Positions 18,538 through 28,126 of a DNA stretch of 64,000 nucleotides are shown in pieces (positions within the stretch are counted from its first letter, which is position 1; each line of letters begins with the position of its first letter). Made by a program: the position numbers and the translations under genes. The notes beneath the pieces are model-generated. The model worked only from the letters and a program-made list of their open reading frames with translations, searched no databases and was not told the origin of the DNA. Source of the stretch: Holosporaceae bacterium (GTDB lineage: Bacteria; Pseudomonadota; Alphaproteobacteria; UBA3830). The stretch spans positions 327 through 64,326 of the forward strand of contig JAITQS010000011.1 in the NCBI GenBank assembly GCA_031288795.1. Reading direction: 5' to 3'.

Positions 18538-18930
18538 TTAGTCATCGCTTTCTCCATCTTCATATATAGCTTTCAATTTTAGTATGGCAATCATATTCAA
18601 TAGGAGCAAATTTTTTCGACTCTCGATGGAATCAATTTTTATTTTTGCGGATCCTATGGCGACATTTCCTTGGCTTAGCGTCAATTCCTGGGCGGTTATT
18701 TTGCTAATGGATTTCATAATTTTCATACTTTCCGAAGTTACACATTTGTCGTCCACGATACTTACGACGAATTCCACCCGAGACATTAAATTTTTTCCAT
18801 GAATAATATTTTTTAATTCGAATATTAGATACGGTGTTTTGCGAAGTTCGTCGGGCGGAGTTGACGGAAATATTGCTGCGCTCAATTCTTTTTTTATGGC
18901 ATTTATGATGCCAAAATCCCAAGGTAGCAT
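18538..18930 (-). CDS. tail-terminator-like protein (DUF3168/RcGTA g8-like), tentative
   Basis: 130 aa. Assigned from its position after the adaptor, its size and its N-terminal pattern (...IFPSTPPDELRKTPYLIFEL...). It starts 2 nt after the upstream stop. Confidence 0.45.
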   Translation of the reverse strand: MLPWDFGIINAIKKELSAAIFPSTPPDELRKTPYLIFELKNIIHGKNLMSRVEFVVSIVDDKCVTSESMKIMKSISKITAQELTLSQGNVAIGSAKIKIDSIESRKNLLLLNMIAILKLKAIYEDGESDD

Positions 18931-18932
18931 TT

Positions 18933-19235
18933 TTATTCTCCTTTTGTTATTTGTGCCGCATGAAACATAATGTAGTCGTTGGATGGATCCACAATGGGAA
19001 TTTGAGTAGGCATAAAATTTTTATCATCCATTGTAATTCTAAAATTGTTGGGAAAGTATTTTCTCCATTTTATAATAAAAAAGTATATGACTCTTCTGAC
19101 GGAAACATATTTTATGGAAGCTGAAGCCCACAATTCATTCCAGAGAATATATTCCGGAATCCAAACATTGTCGCTGGACAATTTTTGTTTAATAATTTCT
19201 ATTTTTATTTTTTTATTAAATAATTTTTTTGACAT
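18933..19235 (-). CDS. head-tail adaptor / head closure protein (RcGTA g7-like), tentative
   Basis: 100 aa. The pattern KIKIEI...W.P...LW...WASASIKY...Y.F.I.WR...RI is typical of SPP1/HK97-type head-tail joining proteins. Confidence 0.5.
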   Translation of the reverse strand: MSKKLFNKKIKIEIIKQKLSSDNVWIPEYILWNELWASASIKYVSVRRVIYFFIIKWRKYFPNNFRITMDDKNFMPTQIPIVDPSNDYIMFHAAQITKGE

Positions 19236-19245
19236 TTTTTTTCTC

Positions 19246-19848
19246 CTAAAAAACTCTCAGATTCAGAAATGGAGCAAGCAACTTCCGTACCCCACTGGAC
19301 ACAATGTCGCCGTCCAAACAAGAATATCTTTCTTGGTAGGCGCTAGCCATCATCATCAAATTCGCCAATTTTACGGGATACGGAATATTATCTGCATTCA
19401 GCACGATACCCGCTTCGTAAAGGATGGATATAATCTTCGATTTACTACGCTGCAATGATTTATCCAACGTAAGCAGTAAATAAAATTTCGATTTAGTTTT
19501 ATCTAAAACGTAGCATTGTTTTTCCACATCCGTTTCATTTACCGATACTTTTAAAATTTTTATGATGGGTGGTTTTGGCAATGGAATTTGCAAACTATTT
19601 CCTCTAACCATACATGGATAATTATCGTTGGGAGCGGCCACAATGCGAACATTGTCACTATGTATCGTATATTTCCATGTCTGCCGCGGCAGCGTTTTTT
19701 GTATAATAGCTTCAATTGCTTCGCGCGTAGATTTGATGAGCATTAATATAAGATCATCATCAAAATTATGGTCGATGTGAAGATAATTTTTTGCTTCTTT
19801 CAACGAAATTATTTCGCTTTTGGGACCTTCGACCAGACATAAATCCAT
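19246..19848 (-). CDS. gp6-like head-tail connector protein
   Basis: 200 aa. The N-terminal ISLKEAKNYLHIDHNFDDDLILMLIKSTREAIE is the classic gp6/Phage_connect_1 signature. Confidence 0.7.
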   Translation of the reverse strand: MDLCLVEGPKSEIISLKEAKNYLHIDHNFDDDLILMLIKSTREAIEAIIQKTLPRQTWKYTIHSDNVRIVAAPNDNYPCMVRGNSLQIPLPKPPIIKILKVSVNETDVEKQCYVLDKTKSKFYLLLTLDKSLQRSKSKIISILYEAGIVLNADNIPYPVKLANLMMMASAYQERYSCLDGDIVSSGVRKLLAPFLNLRVF

Positions 19849-19930
19849 TTTATTTCTCCTAATATTTTGGGTGGGGAATCATTATTTTTAGCGTCGCAGA
19901 TGTTTTCGCTGTACTCTTATTTTTTAGTGA

Positions 19931-21058
19931 CTAGTTGGCGGAAAATTTCAAAAGTTTTATGGCATCGAAGTCCACGACGGCGCCTCCGGTACGTTTGGTA
20001 GCATAAAATTCCACAAACGGCTTGGATGTATATGGATCCCGCAATATTTTTAATCCCTGCCTATCAATAATTTGGTATCCGGAATAAAAATCTCCAAATG
20101 CAATGGAAACGGACGCTTTTCCATTCACAAGGTTTGGCATATCATCGTCAATTACCACTGGATATCCCAGCAACATTGATGGAGTACATTCCGCCAGCGA
20201 TGGTTGCCACAAGCATATGCCATCTGAACTTTTTAATTTTCTAATTGCCGCAAGAGCAGAACGAGACATTAACCATTTGGCGTTTTTCACGTAGATTGGT
20301 TTCAGCGAACAAGTCATGTTCAGCAGAATATCCAGGGGATTATTGTCGTCCGAAAATTGTCCATCGGCGCCGCTGCAGAAGTGCTGCAATTTTCCAAATT
20401 CTCTGGTGGAAGATGCTTCGGAAGTGTAATCCAGGAATCCTTTTGGTTTATTGCTGCCGTTTCCATTTATGAAGGCGTGATTTTCGAGAGCGGCGATTTT
20501 TTCTGCAATTTTATTTATGAGCCATTCTTCGACATTTATCTGGGCGTCGTCCAGGAGCTGCTGACTTGCTTTCGGTTTTGCATAAATTTCGTAAACGGGA
20601 ATTTTAATTTTTTGTATTTCCGGAGAGTCGGTTTCGTCTCGGGAGGCGGACGTCTCGGACGCCCAGCCGGCTCCCGGACTTTTAGAATTCACCAACATAT
20701 CCATGGAATTTGTCGATATGGTAGTGGTTTTAGCAACGGACCGCATTGGTGACAAAAATTTTAATCTATTTCCTATTTGCGTTGCGATTTTTATTGGCAC
20801 AAAGTGTCCGCCTTCGTCTCCATTTACGCCGTTTAGCGATTTTTTTGCAAATGATCCGATTCCTTTGCGAATATAATCGGAAAAATCACATTTTTGATCG
20901 CAGTTGTTTTCTAAATTTTCTGATAGTGGTAAAGACATATTTTTTTCTCCTTTTATCATTTTTGTTTTTGGTGCATTTAATTCTTTTTCGTTATTTTCCA
21001 ATAGGGCTTCGACGTTATGATTTAATTCTTCGATGGCGTTTTGAAAATCTATGTTCAT
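19931..21058 (-). CDS. HK97-family major capsid protein
   Basis: 375 aa. A coiled N-terminal delta-like region is followed by GGHFVPIKIATQI, GAGWASE, LLDDAQINVEEWL, ENHAFINGNGSNKPKGFL. Confidence 0.85.
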   Translation of the reverse strand: MNIDFQNAIEELNHNVEALLENNEKELNAPKTKMIKGEKNMSLPLSENLENNCDQKCDFSDYIRKGIGSFAKKSLNGVNGDEGGHFVPIKIATQIGNRLKFLSPMRSVAKTTTISTNSMDMLVNSKSPGAGWASETSASRDETDSPEIQKIKIPVYEIYAKPKASQQLLDDAQINVEEWLINKIAEKIAALENHAFINGNGSNKPKGFLDYTSEASSTREFGKLQHFCSGADGQFSDDNNPLDILLNMTCSLKPIYVKNAKWLMSRSALAAIRKLKSSDGICLWQPSLAECTPSMLLGYPVVIDDDMPNLVNGKASVSIAFGDFYSGYQIIDRQGLKILRDPYTSKPFVEFYATKRTGGAVVDFDAIKLLKFSAN

Positions 21059-21696
21059 GATATTTTTCCTTTCGTGGCGTGATTTATTTTTTGGGAGATA
21101 TTTTTTATGAGTTCTAGGTATTTTTGCATGTTATCCTCGGCGGGGACGCAATTTGCTTTTATGTCGCTAACAACGGCTTTTTCGCAGGCCGGAAACGTCA
21201 CAATAGACACTTCCAGCAATTCGATGTTTGTCAGATGATGCACGTTGTTGTCGAAATATTCGTCCTTAATTTTATAGCCGATAGAAAATCCGTCGAGGGC
21301 TTTATTTTTTAGTAGGGCGTAGACTTCTTTTGCTTTTGGAATTTCAAACAGCAGTCGCGCTTTTATAAAAAGACCGTAATCGTCTTCGTGGATGTCTGTT
21401 ATGACTCCGATGGGAAAATTTCCATCATGTTGCCAGAGTAGTTTCGGTTTTTTTCCGTTTTTGAATTCGCGAATAGCGTTTGCGAATGCTCCTTTTTCGA
21501 CGCTGTCGCCGTATCCGTCGATTACTCGAAAAACACTGGCATAGCCGGAGATTTCTCCATTTTCCTCCAGGGATTTTAAGAGACAGTTGCCCTGTGGATC
21601 TTTTCTACCATTAGCTTCATTGGATGGTATATGGGGGGTTAAAAATTTCATACTATTGGTTCCTATTTTTATTCCTATTTTTGTATTTCTATTCAT
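21055..21696 (-). CDS. HK97-family prohead protease
   Basis: 213 aa. Motifs: GYASVFRVIDGYGDSVEKGAFANAI, LLWQHD, GFSIGYK, LLEVSIVTFPACEKA. It has 4-nt overlaps with both neighbours. Confidence 0.85.
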   Translation of the reverse strand: MNRNTKIGIKIGTNSMKFLTPHIPSNEANGRKDPQGNCLLKSLEENGEISGYASVFRVIDGYGDSVEKGAFANAIREFKNGKKPKLLWQHDGNFPIGVITDIHEDDYGLFIKARLLFEIPKAKEVYALLKNKALDGFSIGYKIKDEYFDNNVHHLTNIELLEVSIVTFPACEKAVVSDIKANCVPAEDNMQKYLELIKNISQKINHATKGKIS

Positions 21697-22838
21697 TGAT
21701 TTATTTTTTCTTCATCGGATTCGTTCAGGGGAGGAAAACCAAGGATTTCTCTTTTTTCGTTGGTAGTCAGGAAATTGGCGTTGGATATTTTTTGCCACAG
21801 CATTTCCCGTTTTGAGGTAATGGCATGGACAGCCTCCAGATCGAAAATTATTTCCACCGATGTATTAAATTTTTTCGAAAACCAGTTGCTTAATTCCAGT
21901 CGAATTAATTCTCCCAGAGGCAGGATTGTGTCTTCCCATAGGTGCAGACGCGCCTCCCTATAACTGCCCAAGCTAGAGTTTTCATGTAGTTCCAGCATGG
22001 GGGGAGGCACTCCGAGCGCCAAAGCAATTTCGCGGGAACTGATATCTTTTCCGCTGCCAAAATCCAAATCTTTGGGAGAAAATCCCATTTCTTTCCATTC
22101 GAAACATCCTTCCAGCACCATCATTTTTCCGGCGTTGGAGGATCCGGCGTAGGCATTTTTTATATCTTCCCGCAGTTGTTCTCGTTGTTCGTCGGTAAGA
22201 TTTTCCGTACCATTTTTTACCATCAGACATCCGGAAGGGCGCCCACCATTTTGCAATATCGCAAGATTATGATCCGAAATGGCGTTATGCTGGTCGATGG
22301 ATCTGGACGCCACCTGCAGCGGACTCAATCCGTACCAATCATTGAGCGGATTGAATAATTTCAAGTGCAAAACATCGTCCCGGGAAAGAATAAAGGTCGA
22401 GGTATCAACTTCGTACTGGTAGGAGTCGACCGCCGTCTTGGATGCGTTCGGCACAACCCGTACCCGATCCGTCCGAAGGCAATTCAAGTCTCCGTTTTCT
22501 CCCAAATAAACAAACGCATTTCCGGAAATTAGCAGATAATTCACCAGGGTCTCGAAAAACATTCCCCGCGACTGATTTTCGTTCGGACGACTCAGCAGCT
22601 TTGTTAGCTTCCAATTCTCCGATTTGTCGTCACGATTTTTTGCGCTCATGGGTATCGAGGCAATTCCCCGAGATATTAAACTAATCGCCCGAAAAGCAAT
22701 GGCGTTTTTTTGAAAGCCGTTTTCGGAAATAGCGTCGTAGCGGCATGGCGTCCACTGGGGATCGCCTATGTTTTGGTAAGAAAAGAAAACATTGGAAGTC
22801 TTTTTCCCCATACCAAAATGCTTCAATAAATTTCGCAT
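21693..22838 (-). CDS. HK97-family phage portal protein
   Basis: 381 aa. Motifs: LSRPNENQSRGMFFETLVNYLLISGNAFVYL, YQYEV, NPLNDWYGLSPL. These are typical of the HK97 portal family. Confidence 0.85.
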   Translation of the reverse strand: MRNLLKHFGMGKKTSNVFFSYQNIGDPQWTPCRYDAISENGFQKNAIAFRAISLISRGIASIPMSAKNRDDKSENWKLTKLLSRPNENQSRGMFFETLVNYLLISGNAFVYLGENGDLNCLRTDRVRVVPNASKTAVDSYQYEVDTSTFILSRDDVLHLKLFNPLNDWYGLSPLQVASRSIDQHNAISDHNLAILQNGGRPSGCLMVKNGTENLTDEQREQLREDIKNAYAGSSNAGKMMVLEGCFEWKEMGFSPKDLDFGSGKDISSREIALALGVPPPMLELHENSSLGSYREARLHLWEDTILPLGELIRLELSNWFSKKFNTSVEIIFDLEAVHAITSKREMLWQKISNANFLTTNEKREILGFPPLNESDEEKINQ

Positions 22839-23077
22839 TTTCGTCTCCCTCTAGAATTTAATTATGTTTTATTGAATATTAATATGATCCTATGTTTTTT
22901 TATATAACGCAAGCACTATCTGAAATCTCTATATTTTTCAAGGCGGTAACTGCGTTTTTTGCTATAAAATAATTATCATTAGATCATTAAAAATAATATT
23001 ATTTTATTTTTAATATTGGGGAATTTTGTCGCGCTGTTGAATCAACGACTCCTAGAAAAGCGACCGACACCAGATTC

Positions 23078-23178
23078 GAGACTGTTGCCTAATGAGATTT
23101 TTCTTGCAAGAACGAGGAAAAATGTAGCGCAAGACCGCAGCGTACTAGCTGCACATGAGGATCCGAGCAACGGATTTG
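23078..23178 (+). repeat. palindromic MITE-like element, copy C (right arm missing)
   Basis: The left terminus and about 100 bp of interior are conserved. Similarity ends after GAGCAACGGATTTG. It shares GGAAAAATGTAGCGC with copy B. Confidence 0.75.
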
Positions 23179-23212
23179 CTCAAGACTTTGCGAGTCAAAG
23201 TTCAGGAATTTT

Positions 23213-24232
23213 TTAGCTCAGCAATAGGTGAGAAGCATCCAGCATACGATTGGAGAATCCCCATTCGTTGTCATACCAAGCCACCATATGGGCCATATCT
23301 CCGGCGATGACGGTGGTGAGCGGCATATCCACCACGGCGCTGAGCGGATTATGGTTGAAATCGGACGAAACAAGACTTTCGTTGGTATATCCCAAAATTC
23401 CTTTCAGAACATTTTCCGCATAGCAGACAACGGCATCGTTCAGCTCATTGGCGGTTGTTTTTCGCAGTGTCTGAAATGTGAAATCCACAACGGAAACATT
23501 AGACGTTGGCACTCTTATGGACAATCCGGAAATTTTACCTTTTAATTCCGGAAATATTTTTTCGATGGCCTTGGTGGCTCCCGTTGATGTAGGAATCATG
23601 TTGAGAGCGGCCGCTCGGGTGCGGCGCAGGTCCGGGTGATCGGCGTCTATGAGCCTTTGATCACCAGTATACGAGTGCACCGTAGTGGCAAAACCAGAGG
23701 CAATGCCAACATTCTCGTGAATCGCCTTCACAAGTGGCGCCAGACAGTTTGTGGTACAAGAGGCGTTGGAAATAATGACATCGTTAATTTTGTCCAGCGT
23801 ACCATCATTAACGCCGTATACTAAGGTGCAATCGACATCACTCGCCGGACACGAAATCAGGACCTTTCGGGCACCGGCATTCAGATGCTCCTGACACGCT
23901 GTCCTCGATTTGAACACTCCGGAGCACTCCAGCACTAAATCTATGCCAAATTCACTCCAGGGAAGATGCTGCGGAAACTTTTCCGAGGTATAGGTGATTC
24001 TTTTTCCGTCCACCGAAAATAATGTCTCGGATATTTTTTCGACGCTGTGTAAAAATGGTCCGTGAACGGAGTCATATTTCAGAAGATGCACCGCCGTATC
24101 GATGTTAAGCAGGTCATTTATGGCAACAATTTCGAAATTGTAATCACGCTTGGATTCAAAAAACGCCCTAAGTATCAATCTTCCAATTCTTCCAAATCCA
24201 TTTATGGCTATTTTCATTGATTTTTTTTTCAA
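23213..24232 (-). CDS. gap: glyceraldehyde-3-phosphate dehydrogenase
   Basis: Motifs: INGFGRIGR, SNASCTTNCLAP, WYDNEWGFSNR. Confidence 0.95.
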   Translation of the reverse strand: MKKKSMKIAINGFGRIGRLILRAFFESKRDYNFEIVAINDLLNIDTAVHLLKYDSVHGPFLHSVEKISETLFSVDGKRITYTSEKFPQHLPWSEFGIDLVLECSGVFKSRTACQEHLNAGARKVLISCPASDVDCTLVYGVNDGTLDKINDVIISNASCTTNCLAPLVKAIHENVGIASGFATTVHSYTGDQRLIDADHPDLRRTRAAALNMIPTSTGATKAIEKIFPELKGKISGLSIRVPTSNVSVVDFTFQTLRKTTANELNDAVVCYAENVLKGILGYTNESLVSSDFNHNPLSAVVDMPLTTVIAGDMAHMVAWYDNEWGFSNRMLDASHLLLS

Positions 24233-26202
24233 TTTATTTTCTCCAGCACTTGGCGATAAATTTTATGGGCTGTCAGTCCGAAATACTCGTACACATCTGC
24301 GCAAGGAGCTGATTTTCCGAAATTATTTACCCCAAAAAACAAGCCATCGGCCCCCAAATATTTTTCCCATCCGAACCCATTGGAGGCTTCAATACCTATG
24401 CGCAGGTCGTTTCCCAACACCTGTCGTTTGTAATTTTCCGGCTGCTTATCGAACAGGCGCCAGCAGGGAATACTGACGACATTAGCGGAAACATTATTAT
24501 CATTGAGCATTTTTTTTACATCGAGGGCTATGCCCACTTCGGATCCGCTAGCGATAAGCGTGACTCTCTCGTATAGATCCATGTTATCCTCGTACAGTAG
24601 GTAGGCGCCGTGTTCGCACAGATTTTCTTTGCCGCTAAAACGAGCACTGAGCACGTTTTGGCGTGTCAAAATAATAGCCGAAGGATTCGAGCTCGCCAAG
24701 GCACATTCCCAGCATTCTACTGTTTCCTGAGCGTCTGCCGGACGGAATACGTTCAAATTCGGTATGCTTCGGAGCGCCGAGATTTGCTCCACCGGTTGAT
24801 GCGTTGGTCCGTCCTCGCCAACCCCTATGGAATCGTGACTGAAGACGAAAATGGACGGAATGTTCATGAGGGCCGCCATGCGCACATCGGCCCGCATATA
24901 GTCGCTGAAGGCAAGAAATGTTCCTCCAACGGCGATTATTTTGCGTCCGGCCCCAATGCCATTCATGATGGCTCCCATTGCCTGTTCCCGCACTCCGTAG
25001 TGGATATAATTGCCTGAAAAATCTGTTTTTTCCAGAGGAGTCATGTTTTTCGCCCAGCATCCGGTGGAGCTTCCGAGGTCGCAGGAACCGGAAATTACCA
25101 GATTTGTTTCCGCCGTTAGTCGTGACAAAACATCCTGCGAATTTGTTCTGGTAGCGGCGAAAGGTCGAGAAACAAAATACTCTTTTTTTAGGCTTCTAAG
25201 AGTTTTTTTCAAATGTTCCGTATATTCGAATTTTTGAGATCCGAATTTTTCCGCCTGAGTTTTCATCCATTTTTCATAAGATTCCCGATGACGCAGTCCA
25301 ATTGCCTGCCATATTTTTGCAACATACTCGGGAATTTCAAACGGACCATAGGGCCATTGCAGATTTTTTTTCGTCTCCTCTATTTCCTGTGAACTGAGGG
25401 CTCCGGCATGAGCCTTTGGTGTACCGGCGCGGGGAGTTCCGAATCCAATCTGGGTTTTACAGGCCAGCAGCGATGGGCGCGGATCCAATTGGGCCGCCGC
25501 GATCGCCCGGTGAATGTCGTCTTCGCTATGCCCGTCCACCGACAGCACCTGCCATCCATAGGATTCGTAGCGCTTGAGAGTATCCTCGCTGGTGGATACA
25601 CTTACTTTTCCATCGATGGTCACGTCGTTATCATCGAAAAGCACAATTAAATGCCCCAGCGCCAGATGTCCGGCAATGGCACTGGCTTCATGCGTAATGC
25701 CCTCCATGAGATCACCATCACCGGCACAGACGTAGATGTAGTGGTTGATACACTCGTCGCCGAATCTCGCGTTCAGTAGTCGCTCTTCGATGGCCATGCC
25801 GACGGCGTTGGCAAATCCCTGCCCCAAAAGACCTGTACTCACCTCTATGCCACAATCCAGATTATATTCCGGATGACCGCCGGTGAGCGATCCCAGTTGT
25901 CGAAAACGCTTCAGTTCATCCAGGGTCATTTTTTCATAGCCACTCAAGTGCAGCAGGGCGTACAAAGCCGGTGAGCCGTGCCCTCCGGAAAACACTAGCC
26001 GGTCCCGATTGGGCCATCGGGGATCCTCCGGACAAAACCTAAGAAAATTTCTGAATAAAACCGTGAGACAATCTGCCATGCCCAGCGCCATCCCCAAATG
26101 ACCACCGTTGGCAACTCCCACCTCATGAATAGATAAAAAACGAACGGCATTTGCCAGACTTCTGAACATTATCCAATCCTTTGAAAAAAACCATAACAAC
26201 AT
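24229..26202 (-). CDS. tkt: transketolase
   Basis: 657 aa. Motifs: GHLGMALGMAD, GDGDLMEGI, EDGPTHQP. It overlaps gap by 4 nt. Confidence 0.95.
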   Translation of the reverse strand: MLLWFFSKDWIMFRSLANAVRFLSIHEVGVANGGHLGMALGMADCLTVLFRNFLRFCPEDPRWPNRDRLVFSGGHGSPALYALLHLSGYEKMTLDELKRFRQLGSLTGGHPEYNLDCGIEVSTGLLGQGFANAVGMAIEERLLNARFGDECINHYIYVCAGDGDLMEGITHEASAIAGHLALGHLIVLFDDNDVTIDGKVSVSTSEDTLKRYESYGWQVLSVDGHSEDDIHRAIAAAQLDPRPSLLACKTQIGFGTPRAGTPKAHAGALSSQEIEETKKNLQWPYGPFEIPEYVAKIWQAIGLRHRESYEKWMKTQAEKFGSQKFEYTEHLKKTLRSLKKEYFVSRPFAATRTNSQDVLSRLTAETNLVISGSCDLGSSTGCWAKNMTPLEKTDFSGNYIHYGVREQAMGAIMNGIGAGRKIIAVGGTFLAFSDYMRADVRMAALMNIPSIFVFSHDSIGVGEDGPTHQPVEQISALRSIPNLNVFRPADAQETVECWECALASSNPSAIILTRQNVLSARFSGKENLCEHGAYLLYEDNMDLYERVTLIASGSEVGIALDVKKMLNDNNVSANVVSIPCWRLFDKQPENYKRQVLGNDLRIGIEASNGFGWEKYLGADGLFFGVNNFGKSAPCADVYEYFGLTAHKIYRQVLEKIN

Positions 26203-26295
26203 CGTTATAGAAGCAACGCTTATATGCTAGAATAAATCATCTGTACTGGCAACCAATAACTGAAGCCTCGCTATATTTTTCCATATCCAACGAAG

Positions 26296-27468
26296 TTAAT
26301 TGCGAAAAGCATCGGTTATATTTTTTCCTACACCGTCCAGTTCACGAATAAATTCACTACATACGTCTTCGAGGTTTTGCAAAAAACTTTTCAGCCTGCT
26401 GGCTTCAATGGTTGGCCCACACCAGATTCTCAGATGCGGTTTCGTTAGAATATGTCCTCTGAAGTCAAATCCGATTTTTTTTAGCTCGCAGAATCTGACA
26501 ATTTTTTCCAAAAACTCCCATTTGTCCGTTTCCGGTAATTTTCGATACTTTTCCGAGGTTAGATCCAGGCAAGCAACGTGATGGGCGCGATATTTTTCGT
26601 CCACCAAAAATTTGCAACAGTAGCTGCGAGAAATCCAGTCGCAGACCACGGCATAATTATCCTCCACTCGCTGTATGAGAGCCGCCAAACCGCCGATTTG
26701 TTCCGCCCACAGCAGTGCATTGCGAAAATCTTCGATGCAGAGCATGGACGGAGTATTGATGGTATATCCCTTAAAAATACCGGAATTTACTTTTTTGTCA
26801 TCGGCGATGCGAAAAATTCTCGGTATGGGCCAGGGCGGCTGATGCGATTTTAATCGTGCCATCGCTCTTGGACTAAGAACAATTGTTCCCAATCCAGCTT
26901 CTCCTCCCAGTCCTTTTTGCCATGAAAACGCCGTAGCGTCCAACCTATTCCAGTCGAAATCGAACATAAACGCGGCGGAGGCGGCGTCGCAGATGGTAAG
27001 TCCTTTGCGGTCGGCGGATATCCAGTCGGTATTGCGGAATGACGTTCCGGAAGTAGTTGATGTCCAGCAGAACACAACGTCTCGGTCGAAATTTATGTCC
27101 CGGACGTCCGCCATTTTGGGAAAATCCTCTCTGAAAACACGGACATCCTGCAATTTCAGCTCTTCGACGATGTCTCTTTCCCAATGCCTACTGAAAACGC
27201 AATGGGAAATAATATCGATCCCATTGGCGCCCAACAGAGACCACAGCAATGTTTCCACAGCTCCTGTACTGGAAGCTCCCACAATTCCAACGTGATAATC
27301 ATCGGGAATTCTCAATATTTTTCGCTGGAGATCGAGAACTTCTTCCAGCAGTGCTAATCCGTCCACTGATCGGTGTGATCGTCCAACTAAAATGCCATTC
27401 GGCGATTCCCATTGGGGATACTTCGCGCATGGTCCCGAAGAAAAACTCACATTTTTCCATTTTTGCAT
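26296..27468 (-). CDS. serC: phosphoserine aminotransferase (alpha-proteobacterial/archaeal type)
   Basis: 390 aa. Motifs: FSSGPCAK, GRSHRS, ADRKGLTICDAASAAF, FSWQKGLGGE, INTPSMLCIED, LRIWCGPT. Confidence 0.85.
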   Translation of the reverse strand: MQKWKNVSFSSGPCAKYPQWESPNGILVGRSHRSVDGLALLEEVLDLQRKILRIPDDYHVGIVGASSTGAVETLLWSLLGANGIDIISHCVFSRHWERDIVEELKLQDVRVFREDFPKMADVRDINFDRDVVFCWTSTTSGTSFRNTDWISADRKGLTICDAASAAFMFDFDWNRLDATAFSWQKGLGGEAGLGTIVLSPRAMARLKSHQPPWPIPRIFRIADDKKVNSGIFKGYTINTPSMLCIEDFRNALLWAEQIGGLAALIQRVEDNYAVVCDWISRSYCCKFLVDEKYRAHHVACLDLTSEKYRKLPETDKWEFLEKIVRFCELKKIGFDFRGHILTKPHLRIWCGPTIEASRLKSFLQNLEDVCSEFIRELDGVGKNITDAFRN

Positions 27469-27959
27469 ATGCCCTCCTCTAATAAAATAATTCTATGATT
27501 CAAAAAGTCCAAGGCTCCTTGCAAAATATACACAGCTGCGGTTTTGTCTACAAGTTGTTTACGTCTTTTTCTGGATAAATCTGCTTCAATCATGATTTTG
27601 TCTACGACGCTGGTGGAGAATCTTTCATCCCATCTTGCAATGCCAACGTCCGTGTGTTTTGACAATTTTTCGATAAAATTTTCAACTTTTTCGCATTGCT
27701 TGCAGGCAAGACCATCCATTTGCAGTGGCCATCCACAGATGATTAAGCCAACATTATACGATTTTAGATGTCGCAAAATTCCAAAAAAATCACCGTTGTT
27801 TCCCTTTCGTGCAATAGTCCCGACGGAACTGGCAATTTTGTTCCGACGATCTGATACTGCCATGCCAATGGTCTTGCTTCCCACATCAAGTCCCATAAAA
27901 ACAGACTCCCGCCTATTCAGCTCATTTATTTTTATAGTCTCAAGCGGAATAAAATTCAT
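27447..27959 (-). CDS. ruvX: Holliday junction resolvase-like protein RuvX/YqgF
   Basis: Motif GLDVGSKTIGMAVSD. The ATG at 27959 gives 170 aa. The track ORF extends to 28136 only by reading through repeat copy D. Confidence 0.85.
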   Translation of the reverse strand: MNFIPLETIKINELNRRESVFMGLDVGSKTIGMAVSDRRNKIASSVGTIARKGNNGDFFGILRHLKSYNVGLIICGWPLQMDGLACKQCEKVENFIEKLSKHTDVGIARWDERFSTSVVDKIMIEADLSRKRRKQLVDKTAAVYILQGALDFLNHRIILLEEGICKNGKM

Positions 27960-28011
27960 TGCATTAACTTTCTTTTTAAGAAAACCATTCAAAATATTAT
28001 AGGTAATAAAT

Positions 28012-28107
28012 AGTTGCATAATGAGATATTTTTTGCAAGAACGAAGCTGAACAAGCTCTGAATCCCGCGAAGTTAATTGCGAAAAAAATCCATTGGGTAA
28101 CAGTCTC
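28012..28107 (+). repeat. palindromic element, short variant copy D
   Basis: TAGTTGCATAATGAGATATTTTTTGCAAGAACGAAGC...GAAAAAAATCCATTGGGTAACAGTCTC. About 96 bp with an internal deletion. Confidence 0.6.
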
Positions 28108-28126
28108 TGAAAGTAAGGGTATAACA

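Larger units (their letters stand above)
13367..22838 (-). mobile_element. phage-derived cluster: HK97/RcGTA-like head-neck module plus non-canonical distal genes and a lysis pair
   Basis: It runs portal, protease, capsid, connector, adaptor, terminator-like ORF, three unrecognised ORFs, SleB hydrolase and a 2-TM protein. An opposite-strand EamA gene interrupts it. No integrase, terminase, tail tube or tape measure is seen. Confidence 0.6.

Noticed and set aside
22858-22872. CtrA-box-like sequence upstream of the portal gene (TTAA-N7-TTAT).
   Set aside because: Only one half-site is canonical, and the region is very AT-rich, so such matches are expected by chance. It needs a proper matrix scan.
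22839-23212. Search for a terminase or integrase remnant upstream of the portal gene.
   Set aside because: There is no ORF of meaningful length in any frame apart from the repeat-derived 23016-23216 ORF. The region is AT-rich non-coding DNA plus repeat copy C.
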